Origin: Candidatus Hydrogenedentota bacterium
Lineage (GTDB): Bacteria > Hydrogenedentota > Hydrogenedentia > Hydrogenedentales > SLHB01
Assembly: GCA_045863335.1 (NCBI GenBank)
Contig: BTVY01000023.1
Coordinates: 15,755 to 79,754 of the forward strand
DNA: 64,000 bases
Reading direction: 5' to 3'
Below, in pieces: positions 54,228 through 62,789 of the stretch. The translations under genes and the position numbers were made by a program. Each line of letters begins with the position of its first letter. Within the stretch, counting starts at the first letter, position 1. The notes beneath the pieces are model-generated. The model saw only the letters and a program-made list of their open reading frames with translations, ran no database searches and was not told the origin of the DNA.

Positions 54228-55010
54228 ATGAGACTTGGCATGGTGACCTACAACATGGGCAAGGATATGGACCTGCCCACGCTGATCAAGTTCTGCGAAG
54301 ACACTGGATTGGGAGGCGTGGAACTGCGCACGACTCACGCCCACGGCGTCGAAGTCGAGTTGTCCGCCGCGGAACGGGCGGAGGTGAGAAGCCGCTTCGC
54401 CGATTCCCCGGTCGAAATCGCCGGCCTCGGCTCGGCGTTCGAGTACCACAGCCCCGATCCCGCCGTCGTCAAGGAGAACATCGAAGGCTCCATCACCTAC
54501 GCGCGGCTCGCGGCCGACGTGGGCGCGTCCGGAATCAAGGTACGTCCGAACGGTTTGCCGGAAGAAGTGCCCGTCGAGAAGACTTGCGAACAAATCGGCA
54601 AGGCCATGCGGCAAGTCGCCCAGTTCGCGGGCGACATCGGCGTGGAAGTGCGCCTCGAAGTGCACGGGAAAAATTCGTCGGACCCGAAGATCATCCGCAA
54701 GATCATGGATTATGCCGACCATCCCATGGCCACCGTCTGCTGGAATTCCAACGGCACCGACATGGATGCGAACCAGAGCATCGAAGAGAACTTCAACCTG
54801 CTCAAGGACAAGATCACCCATTGCCACATCACGGAAATCGGCGTGTATCAGTATCCCTGGCAGGACCTGTTCAACCGCCTGAAAGCGATGGACTACCAGG
54901 GCTGGTGCCTGGCCGAGATCCAGTACAACGAACAGCCGGAGCGGTTCATGAAGTTTTATCGCACGCTGTTCGATCTGTACACCGGCAACTATTCCTGGCC
55001 CCACGATTAG
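54228..55010 (+). CDS. Sugar phosphate isomerase/epimerase (xylose-isomerase-like TIM barrel)
   Basis: TIM-barrel AP-endonuclease-2 family pattern (LGMVTYNMG, EVHGKNSSD); 260 aa. Confidence 0.65.
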   Translation: MRLGMVTYNMGKDMDLPTLIKFCEDTGLGGVELRTTHAHGVEVELSAAERAEVRSRFADSPVEIAGLGSAFEYHSPDPAVVKENIEGSITYARLAADVGASGIKVRPNGLPEEVPVEKTCEQIGKAMRQVAQFAGDIGVEVRLEVHGKNSSDPKIIRKIMDYADHPMATVCWNSNGTDMDANQSIEENFNLLKDKITHCHITEIGVYQYPWQDLFNRLKAMDYQGWCLAEIQYNEQPERFMKFYRTLFDLYTGNYSWPHD

Positions 55011-55020
55011 CGCCCATCCG

Positions 55021-55812
55021 GTGACGGCGATGTCGCACCCCACCATCGAAGCGCCCCCACCGCTGCCGCCATCCGAACCCCGCCCCTGGGGATTCTGGAT
55101 GACGACGGCGTTCACCGTGGCCATCTACGGCATTTACATCGTGATTCAGACCGGGATAGGTGTCATCATGGCGGTGCTGTGGTCCGTGCGCCAAGGGGGT
55201 GCCGACCCCAGCGCGTACGCTGAAGACCTCATGAACAACGGCCTGTTTGTCGCCGTGGCTACACTCGTTGCGGGCCCCCTGTGCATCCTGGTCACGCTGG
55301 CCCTGGCGCACTTCCGCAAGGGAATCACGCTGCGCGACTATCTCGCGCTCCGGCGCCCCCCCATTCTCCAGTCCATCGGCTGGACGGTCCTAACCGTCGT
55401 CGTGTTGTTCGGCATGGACTCCGTCCGCATTGCCGTCGGCGAACCGCTGGTCCCGGAGATCGTCGTCGCGTGGTACGAAACCGCCGTTCTCCTGCCCGTG
55501 CTCGTCCTGGCCATCGTCGTGACCGCCCCCGTCATGGAAGAACTCGTCACCCGCGGTTTCATGTATCGCGGCCTCGCCGCGTCCCGCGTGGGGATCCCGG
55601 GCGCGATTGTGCTCACGTCGCTCTTCTGGGCCGCCCTGCACTTCGGACAGTACAACTTGCTCAACACCGGGATGATCTTCCTCTTCGGCCTCATCCTCGG
55701 CGGCGCCCGCGCAACATCCGGCTCGATCTACCTCCCCCTCTTCCTCCACGCCCTCAACAACGGTATCTCCACCTTCCAGATCGCGTACTTCATCGGACAA
55801 GCGGGCCAATAG
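55021..55812 (+). CDS. CPBP family intramembrane glutamic endopeptidase (CAAX protease/Abi)
   Basis: EELVTRGF, FWAALHF, FLHALNN motifs and multiple TM helices. Confidence 0.7.
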   Translation: MTAMSHPTIEAPPPLPPSEPRPWGFWMTTAFTVAIYGIYIVIQTGIGVIMAVLWSVRQGGADPSAYAEDLMNNGLFVAVATLVAGPLCILVTLALAHFRKGITLRDYLALRRPPILQSIGWTVLTVVVLFGMDSVRIAVGEPLVPEIVVAWYETAVLLPVLVLAIVVTAPVMEELVTRGFMYRGLAASRVGIPGAIVLTSLFWAALHFGQYNLLNTGMIFLFGLILGGARATSGSIYLPLFLHALNNGISTFQIAYFIGQAGQ

Positions 55813-56098
55813 CGATTTCGTCTAGCCGAACCAACGGATCACCCGAAGCGGTGGCGACGAGTACAGTCCCGAAGTGAGGAACTTGGTATCTTTTCCGAAT
55901 GAGCCACAACCCGTCATAGCGCTTTCTTTAACCATGTCCGCTCTTCAGAGACACGGCGGCGCCAAGCCGCCGGAGTGGCCCGACGGGCCTAAATACAAAT
56001 AGCCCTGGGTTGACGCGCGACCCGTGCGGCTACCCAGGGTATCGGGCGTACTCTTCTCGGAAATCCCCTGTAAGGGGTACATAGCTGGCGGAGACGAT

Positions 56099-56812
56099 CT
56101 AATCCCGCGACATGAAGAGCCGGAGCACGTACCAGAACAGCAGGGCCACGCTGGCAAACAAGGCAAGCGACGCGGCGACATGCTGGCCGATGTGGTACTC
56201 GTGAAGGATATTGGATGTGTTGTAGAGGATGTACGCGCAGGCGAATCCGATCATCAGCACCGTGAACAGCACGCCGAGATTGAACCCAAACAGGATGCTG
56301 CACACGATCACGCCCAGCGCGACAATCCCCGCCACGCCGAGGAAGGGTCCCAGGAAGGAAAAGTTCTTGCGCGTGAAGAACACGAATACGGTCAATGCCG
56401 CAAAGATACCAATCGTCGCAATCGCCGCGGACGGGATAACGCCCGGCCCGCCGAACCGCGTGGCCACGTAGAGCATGGGTAGAAAAAGGAAGGCTTCGGC
56501 CACCACGTACAAACCCAGGCCCATGTATTGGGTGGAGAGTGAAGTCGTCGAAACCGCCCAACGGTTGGCAATGTAGCTGACACCCATGAATCCGCCCAGC
56601 ACCAACATCCACATGTAGCCATTCGTCATGGCCATGGTCATCTGTTCCGCGATGGGCAGACTCAGCAACACCGCTTCGATGGCAATGAACGCGACGATCG
56701 CCCCGAGCAGGTGCAGGTACGTCTTGACAATGAACGACGAGCGTTCGTCCACGGATGCCTGATCGGCCAGGGTGTACTCAGCAGGTCGTAAGGTCTGGGC
56801 GTCGTAGCTCAT
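56099..56812 (-). CDS. BAX inhibitor-1/YccA family membrane protein
   Basis: 7-TM protein with the BI-1 family pattern; AGGAGG RBS. Confidence 0.75.
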   Translation of the reverse strand: MSYDAQTLRPAEYTLADQASVDERSSFIVKTYLHLLGAIVAFIAIEAVLLSLPIAEQMTMAMTNGYMWMLVLGGFMGVSYIANRWAVSTTSLSTQYMGLGLYVVAEAFLFLPMLYVATRFGGPGVIPSAAIATIGIFAALTVFVFFTRKNFSFLGPFLGVAGIVALGVIVCSILFGFNLGVLFTVLMIGFACAYILYNTSNILHEYHIGQHVAASLALFASVALLFWYVLRLFMSRD

Positions 56813-56895
56813 GGGGGAGCGCCTCCTGTTGGTGTGAGTGCCTTCTGCACGCCGCTATCGTACTACGCGCCCCCGCAGAATGGCAACGGGAAGGG

Positions 56896-57036
56896 AATTG
56901 TGAATTAAGAATCAAGAATTAAGAATTAAGAAAGTGATGATACGAGCCGGGTGCGCGCCCGTGAGTAAACTCAAGAGTAGGAAAGATTTCTCGAGTCTTC
57001 CATCCCCAATTCATAATTCGTAATTCGTAATTTCCA
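56896..57036. repeat. AT-rich imperfect inverted repeat element (GAATTAAGAATTAAGAA ... TTCATAATTCGTAATTCGTAATTTC) with ~75-bp GC-rich spacer
   Basis: Tandem AATTAAGAA units on the left and complementary-type TTCGTAATT units on the right. Lies between the GH95 gene 3' end and the BI-1 gene 5' end. Confidence 0.35.
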
Positions 57037-57040
57037 TTTC

Positions 57041-59323
57041 TCATCCTCCTTTCGCGGCTCTAAACTGAAGCACATCACCGGTCTCCGTCTCCAGGGCGGC
57101 GATCCCGTCCGCCGTCTCGACGGGCGTCCAGGCACTGCCGTTTCGTTGCATTTCCGCTTTCCCCCACGGGAGCGCGGCGCGCAGCGTGCCGCCAACCGTA
57201 CTGGCAACCCGGAGTTCGCTTACGTTTCCTTCCGCAATTGCGGCGCTGACGAGAAACCCTCCTTGGGTGCGCAAGTTCTCGAAAGACCCGGGGATATGCG
57301 ATGGCCATGCGGGGAACACGCGAACCACGTCGCCGACGCTTTGCAGCAGCAGTTCCATGACGGGCAAGGCCGCTCCGAACATCTCCGTGTAGTGCCCGAA
57401 GTCGTTGAACCGGAAACGCGGATCGAGACGATTAAAACTCAGCGTGCCGTTGCGGCGCTCGCGCCACATCAACTCCGTGCGCAGGAAGTCGTGGGCGTCG
57501 GCCGTGCTGAGGCGCGCGCGCGTGACGGCCAGCATCACGGGGGCGTTGTTCCCGTTGTGCTGCAAGTGCTGGAGCGTGTTGGTAAACAAGGCCCGCTCTG
57601 GATCAGGCGATGCGAAGGTCACCACATCGCCGGGAAACACCGGCGTGGTCGGCACGGGGATGTTGTATTCGATGGGCGGCGCGTCCTCCACGTCGACAAC
57701 AATATTCGGATCGTCGCTCCAAACGGGATAGTCCGGCAGAAGCGCTTCCGCCGCGCGCCACTCTTCGATCTTGTCTGCGTCCACACCCAACGTCGTAGCG
57801 CCCTCGATGGCGGCGTTGAATATGTAGCGGAACATAGCAATGTCGAAGGTGCAATTCCGGTTCCGCTCGAAGTTCTCCGTCCACCCCCAATGCTCCGGCG
57901 ATACGCTCGGCGCGAGCACAACATGGTCGCCGTCGCGTTCGCATTGGGCGACGAAGTCGGCCTGAAAATCGGCCACGTCCCGCACTGCGGGATAGGCCAC
58001 GTCCCGCAGGAATTCCGGGTCGGGATCGTACTTGTAGTGCCACCACAAGGGCTGCACGCTGAACCCGTTTACGCCCTGCGTGAATCCCCACTCGTGGTGA
58101 ATGTACTGTCGGCCTCCGGGCGATTTGCATGCGGCCGGCTCCGGCGGTTCGTAGGCAAACAACACGTGCGGGATGTACGCGCCGTCCATGTCGAAGATGG
58201 TCCGCGCCATCCACCGCGCGCGCGGCAGATACTCGGAAATGAGCCGGTCGTAGGGTTCCGTCAGTTCGCACTGGTTCGCCGCGTACGCCGACCAGTAGGT
58301 CTGCTGGATGTTGTAGTTGGTGTGATAGTCGCCGTGCCACGCGGGCTTGTCGTCGAGCAACCCCGCGAAGAGGCCCGTGCTCACGACGCCGGGTTTCGAC
58401 ACGCAGCGCAGGAAGTACAGGTTCCGGTACCACACGCGTTCAAGGACGGGATCATCAATCGAAATGCCGCTTCTACTCCAGAAGTCGGCCCAAGCCGATT
58501 CATGTGATCCGGGATTCGTTGGCGACGCCGGCTGCACGGCACCATGGGCGATGGTCATGGCCAACCGCTTCGGATTCTCGTTCTCAAGCGAGGTCACCAC
58601 CGAGGCCGACGCGGCGCCCTCGTGTTGCGCCATTGCAACGGCGAATGACATGCCCGGCCAATCTAAATCACCGGGAATATCCTGCGCCGCCCAGACAACG
58701 CCCTCTTCCGTTCCGGTCTCGGCGGCGGGGATTCCCTCCGACGCAATTGCTTCCAGCGAGGACTCCAACGTCCCCGAGGAATGCTCTACCAAAACTTGAT
58801 TTGAGTCCGCGGGAATGACGACCGTGTAAGCGCCGCTTGCCGAGTGTATTTCGATACGCGCGCGCCGCAGATCGAGCTTCGCCACCAGCGGAGGCGCCGC
58901 GGCATCCGTGATCCGCATGACGCCACAAGCGCGCGGGCATGGGTAGGGGTTCGCGTGGTACGAGTCTGGCTTTTCCCAGGTGCTGCCTTCGGGGAGAATC
59001 AAGGTGCGATCCTCCCAGGGCCCGGCCGTGCCGAGTTCCTTCAACCGTTCCAGCGTGGGGATCGGCGGGTCCAGCGCCGACTCAAGACGCGCATCCCACA
59101 CATCGTTCTTCGTGATGCGGATGACGAGATCATTGCCCTCCGCAAAGACAAGCGCGTTCAGATCGCCGTTGCCGATGAGGAGTGCGTCGTTGATGGGATC
59201 ATCCAACGTGGCCAACGTGACCGCTGCGCGATCCAGCGCCTCCGGATACGGAACGTCTGCGACAGTGACTGGGCACACATAGACGAGTGCAATCGCCAGT
59301 AAACGTAACATCAAGTTAGTCAT
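57041..59323 (-). CDS. Glycoside hydrolase family 95-like (alpha-L-fucosidase-type), secreted
   Basis: Signal peptide; GH95 hallmark W.GD.H.N.N.Q..YW present as WHGDYHTNYNIQQTYW. Confidence 0.6.
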   Translation of the reverse strand: MTNLMLRLLAIALVYVCPVTVADVPYPEALDRAAVTLATLDDPINDALLIGNGDLNALVFAEGNDLVIRITKNDVWDARLESALDPPIPTLERLKELGTAGPWEDRTLILPEGSTWEKPDSYHANPYPCPRACGVMRITDAAAPPLVAKLDLRRARIEIHSASGAYTVVIPADSNQVLVEHSSGTLESSLEAIASEGIPAAETGTEEGVVWAAQDIPGDLDWPGMSFAVAMAQHEGAASASVVTSLENENPKRLAMTIAHGAVQPASPTNPGSHESAWADFWSRSGISIDDPVLERVWYRNLYFLRCVSKPGVVSTGLFAGLLDDKPAWHGDYHTNYNIQQTYWSAYAANQCELTEPYDRLISEYLPRARWMARTIFDMDGAYIPHVLFAYEPPEPAACKSPGGRQYIHHEWGFTQGVNGFSVQPLWWHYKYDPDPEFLRDVAYPAVRDVADFQADFVAQCERDGDHVVLAPSVSPEHWGWTENFERNRNCTFDIAMFRYIFNAAIEGATTLGVDADKIEEWRAAEALLPDYPVWSDDPNIVVDVEDAPPIEYNIPVPTTPVFPGDVVTFASPDPERALFTNTLQHLQHNGNNAPVMLAVTRARLSTADAHDFLRTELMWRERRNGTLSFNRLDPRFRFNDFGHYTEMFGAALPVMELLLQSVGDVVRVFPAWPSHIPGSFENLRTQGGFLVSAAIAEGNVSELRVASTVGGTLRAALPWGKAEMQRNGSAWTPVETADGIAALETETGDVLQFRAAKGG

Positions 59324-59374
59324 TCTGTTCCCCCTCCGTAGCCGCTACCGCGAACATTGAAGCGCTCGTCGCCC

Positions 59375-60793
59375 TCACTTCACCTGCCAGTGTTCGTTAT
59401 CGGTTCGCGCGACTTTCAAGTATTCCTCGATGCGTTGGATCACGTCGGGATGTTCCTCCGCGACGTTATTCGTTTCTCCGATATCCGTGGAGAGATCGTA
59501 GAGTTCCAGCGGCTCGTCCTTCCCGTTCCGGACCGCTTTCCAGTCGCCGCTGCGTACCCCCTGCTTGAATCCGCCTTCATGAAACTCCCAGTACAGATAC
59601 TCGTGCTGCTTCTGCACGGGCTTGATGCCGCCCATGCCATGAAGACGAAGGGTCTGCACCATGGACATGCCGTCGATCCCATCTGGCGCTTCGCCGCCCG
59701 CGAGTTCGACCGCCGTGGGTAGAAAGTCCCAGAAGGCCCACACCTGATCGCTGGTCTGTCCCGCGTTCAAGGTGCCGGGCCAGCGCACGATCATGGGCAC
59801 GCGAATGCCGCCTTCATAGAGATCGCGCTTGATCCCTTTGAGCGGACCATTACTGTCGAAGAAGTCGGGGTCGGCGCCCCCTTCCCGGTGTGGACCATTG
59901 TCGCTGGTGAAAAACACGATGGTATTCTCGTCGATCCCCAGTTCCTTCAAGCGGTCCATGAGCCGGCCCACATCTTGGTCCATCCGCGTAATCATCGCGG
60001 CGTGGCCTTTCTGCGGATTCGCCCATTCCTTTTCCGCGTAGCTCCCGTAGTCGGGCACTTCCATGCCGTCGCCGGTGGCACGTCCCCCCTCGTTGTTCGC
60101 GTGGGGCGTGGTCAGCGCAAAGTAGAGGAAGAACGGCTCATCCTGATGGCGGTTGACAAAATCGAGGGCCTCCTGCGCGAAGAGGTCGTGCGAGTACGTC
60201 TCGCGTTCTATCGCGACGCCCTTGTCTGTCTCGCTCTGCACGTTTTCCGGCAGTTCGACGCGTTCCTCGTTTCGCCACAGGTGGTCGGGGTAGTAGTTGT
60301 GCGCGTGGCCCTGGTCAAGGTACCCGAAAAAGTAATCAAACCCCTGTTTGTTGGGCACGCCCGTCGTTTCTTCATTGCCGAGCCCCCATTTGCCGACGAG
60401 ACCGGTGGTGTACCCCTGTTCTTTCAGCAGTTCCGCGACGGTCACGTCTTCGGGCCGCAACGGAACGCGTGCATTGCCGCGAATCCAGCAGTGTCCCGTG
60501 TGAAGTCCCGTCATGAGGGCGCAACGCGACGGCGCACACACCGTGCTGCCCGCGTAACATTGTGTGAACCGGATGCCTTCTTCCGCGAGTTGATCGATGC
60601 GCGGCGTCTGAATGACGTCCTGGCCGTAGCACCCGAGATCGCCGTAGCCGAGGTCGTCGGCCATGATGTAGATGATATTGGGACGACGGCCGCTTGCTCC
60701 CGCTTTCGCAGCACCCGCGCAGGCGCTCGCAACCAGTCCGCTGCCCGCCGCCAATCCCGCGCTGCGCAGCCACTCCCGCCGGTTCATTCGCAT
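59375..60793 (-). CDS. Formylglycine-dependent sulfatase (arylsulfatase family) with Tat signal
   Basis: CAPSRCALMTGL (C-x-P-x-R), Tat motif RREWLRSAGLAAG, GGAGG RBS before MRMNRREWL. Confidence 0.85.
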   Translation of the reverse strand: MRMNRREWLRSAGLAAGSGLVASACAGAAKAGASGRRPNIIYIMADDLGYGDLGCYGQDVIQTPRIDQLAEEGIRFTQCYAGSTVCAPSRCALMTGLHTGHCWIRGNARVPLRPEDVTVAELLKEQGYTTGLVGKWGLGNEETTGVPNKQGFDYFFGYLDQGHAHNYYPDHLWRNEERVELPENVQSETDKGVAIERETYSHDLFAQEALDFVNRHQDEPFFLYFALTTPHANNEGGRATGDGMEVPDYGSYAEKEWANPQKGHAAMITRMDQDVGRLMDRLKELGIDENTIVFFTSDNGPHREGGADPDFFDSNGPLKGIKRDLYEGGIRVPMIVRWPGTLNAGQTSDQVWAFWDFLPTAVELAGGEAPDGIDGMSMVQTLRLHGMGGIKPVQKQHEYLYWEFHEGGFKQGVRSGDWKAVRNGKDEPLELYDLSTDIGETNNVAEEHPDVIQRIEEYLKVARTDNEHWQVK

Positions 60794-60947
60794 CGTGGAT
60801 TCCTCCCTCATCCATGCTGACATTTAGCCCTCCTATCTTAGTGCCTGGAGCCGGCCGCGACAACTGCAGACCAAACGACATCGCAAAACATCCTCTTCCA
60901 CCGCACACATTGTCTGCGCTTTCGTGCTCCTGCTATTGTTGCGCGCT

Positions 60948-61970
60948 ATGGATATTTCAGAACTTGATTATGATTTGCCCGATGAACTTATCGCGCAACA
61001 CCCGAACGAGAAACGGGACGAATCCCGCCTATTGGTGGTCGATCGCGCGGACGGATCGCTCCGCGAAGACGTCTTTCGAAACGTAGGCGCGCATCTCCGG
61101 GCCGGCGATTGCCTCGTGCTCAACGAAACACGAGTTATCCGCGCGCGGTTGCACGGGCGGAAGCCGTCCGGCGGCAAGGTGGAGATTTTTCTCCTGCATG
61201 AACATGAGCCGGGCGCCTGGGACGCGCTCGTCCGGCCTTCGGCGAAGGTTTCACCCGGGACGACGGTCGTTCTGGGCTCCGGGATGGAAGCCGTGGTCGA
61301 GGAGGTCTTGCCCGAGGGGCGGCGTCGCGTGCGGTTTCACGCGCCCGATGTCCTGCGTGTGCTGGAAGAATGCGGCGAAGTGCCGCTGCCACCCTACATT
61401 CACCGGAAAGGACCGGAGGATGCGGACCTGACTCGCTACCAGACCGTCTATGCCCAATCGCCGGGCGCCGTCGCGGCGCCGACGGCGGGTCTGCATTTCA
61501 CGGATACGGTTTTTGCGGACCTGGAGCATCGGGGCGTACAACGCACATCTCTAACCCTGCACGTGGGTTATGGAACCTTCAGCCCCATTCGCGGCGAGCG
61601 GGTGGAGGCCCATATTGTCGAACCCGAGGAGTTTGTCTTGCCCGAAGCCACCGCGGCAACGCTCAACGCGACGCGCGATGCGGGCGGACGCGTCGTCGCC
61701 GTGGGCACCACGTCCACGCGGGTGCTGGAGTTTCAGTACCGTCATGGTCAATTTCAGCCGGGTGCCGGTACGACCGGACTGTACATCTATCCGCCCTATA
61801 CATACCGGGCCGTGGATGTCCTGCAGACCAATTTTCACCTGCCAAAGTCGAGTCTGCTGGCGCTCGTGTATGCGTTTGCGGGAATGGACTTGGCGCGGGA
61901 AGCCTATCGCTACGCCATCGCGAACCGGTTCCGCTTTTATTCCTACGGCGACGTGATGCTGATTCTGTGA
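60948..61970 (+). CDS. queA: S-adenosylmethionine:tRNA ribosyltransferase-isomerase
   Basis: MDISELDYDLPDELIAQHP N-terminus and QueA pattern throughout. Confidence 0.85.
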   Translation: MDISELDYDLPDELIAQHPNEKRDESRLLVVDRADGSLREDVFRNVGAHLRAGDCLVLNETRVIRARLHGRKPSGGKVEIFLLHEHEPGAWDALVRPSAKVSPGTTVVLGSGMEAVVEEVLPEGRRRVRFHAPDVLRVLEECGEVPLPPYIHRKGPEDADLTRYQTVYAQSPGAVAAPTAGLHFTDTVFADLEHRGVQRTSLTLHVGYGTFSPIRGERVEAHIVEPEEFVLPEATAATLNATRDAGGRVVAVGTTSTRVLEFQYRHGQFQPGAGTTGLYIYPPYTYRAVDVLQTNFHLPKSSLLALVYAFAGMDLAREAYRYAIANRFRFYSYGDVMLIL

Positions 61971-61977
61971 CCCGCGC

Positions 61978-62577
61978 CTACTCCGCGTCCAGAAGCCGTT
62001 CAATCTCCTTGGCGAGGGCTTCCTCCAGCTGCGACTGGTGTTCGCCGTAGATGCTCTCTTCCCGGAGTAGGGCCAGGGCGGCCTTGCACTTGACCAGGGC
62101 CGTCTGCGCGTCGCCGGCTTCGATCGCTTTCTGAGCGGAGTTGTAGACGCGCTCGAATTTCAGGCGCGTATTCTTCGCGAAGCTTTCCGCCCGTTTCGAG
62201 GCCACTTCCGATTCGCTGGGCCGCAGCGAGGGGGAAATATAGGGGGGAATGCGCTCACCGTTCTGGCGGGCGCGCATGGCGCGGATGGCGTGCTCGGTGC
62301 GCGCGCGGGCTTCTGTAGCCCGCTCCTTGGAGACTTTCTTGGGGTCGAAGGTAGCAAGGTAGCGTCCCGTGCCCGGCGCAAAGAGTCCGTCCCGAATCGC
62401 CTGCTCAACAGTGGGAAGTCCCTTAACCTTGCCGGTAACGCTCAGGATGGCGCCGGTCCAGTGACCGGTATCGGTCCGGTCGTCCCTGGGTCCAATGACG
62501 ATCACCAGTTCCGATCCCGAGGCCGCCAACCGCTGCATGAGCGGTTCGTGACGCCCCATCCCTCCGGCCCGATTCAT
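61978..62577 (-). CDS. Hypothetical protein
   Basis: 199-aa ORF (ELVIVIGPRDDRTDTGHWTGAIL core). No recognised domain; start uncertain. Confidence 0.3.
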   Translation of the reverse strand: MNRAGGMGRHEPLMQRLAASGSELVIVIGPRDDRTDTGHWTGAILSVTGKVKGLPTVEQAIRDGLFAPGTGRYLATFDPKKVSKERATEARARTEHAIRAMRARQNGERIPPYISPSLRPSESEVASKRAESFAKNTRLKFERVYNSAQKAIEAGDAQTALVKCKAALALLREESIYGEHQSQLEEALAKEIERLLDAE

Positions 62578-62789
62578 GGTCGTGGTCTTCCCAATCCCAG
62601 TGGCGCGATACGCGTGTACGTTTGAATTGCATGAATGGTACCACAGTCAATCGAGGATCAGAGAAGGCATCGAAACCAAAGGGCATAAACCGTTCCGCTC
62701 GCTGCGAAATTTGACAATTCCCCCGTCAATGGCTACGATCCGGCGTTTAACTGCGGCACGATATCAGTACCCGCTCTGGAGAAACGACC

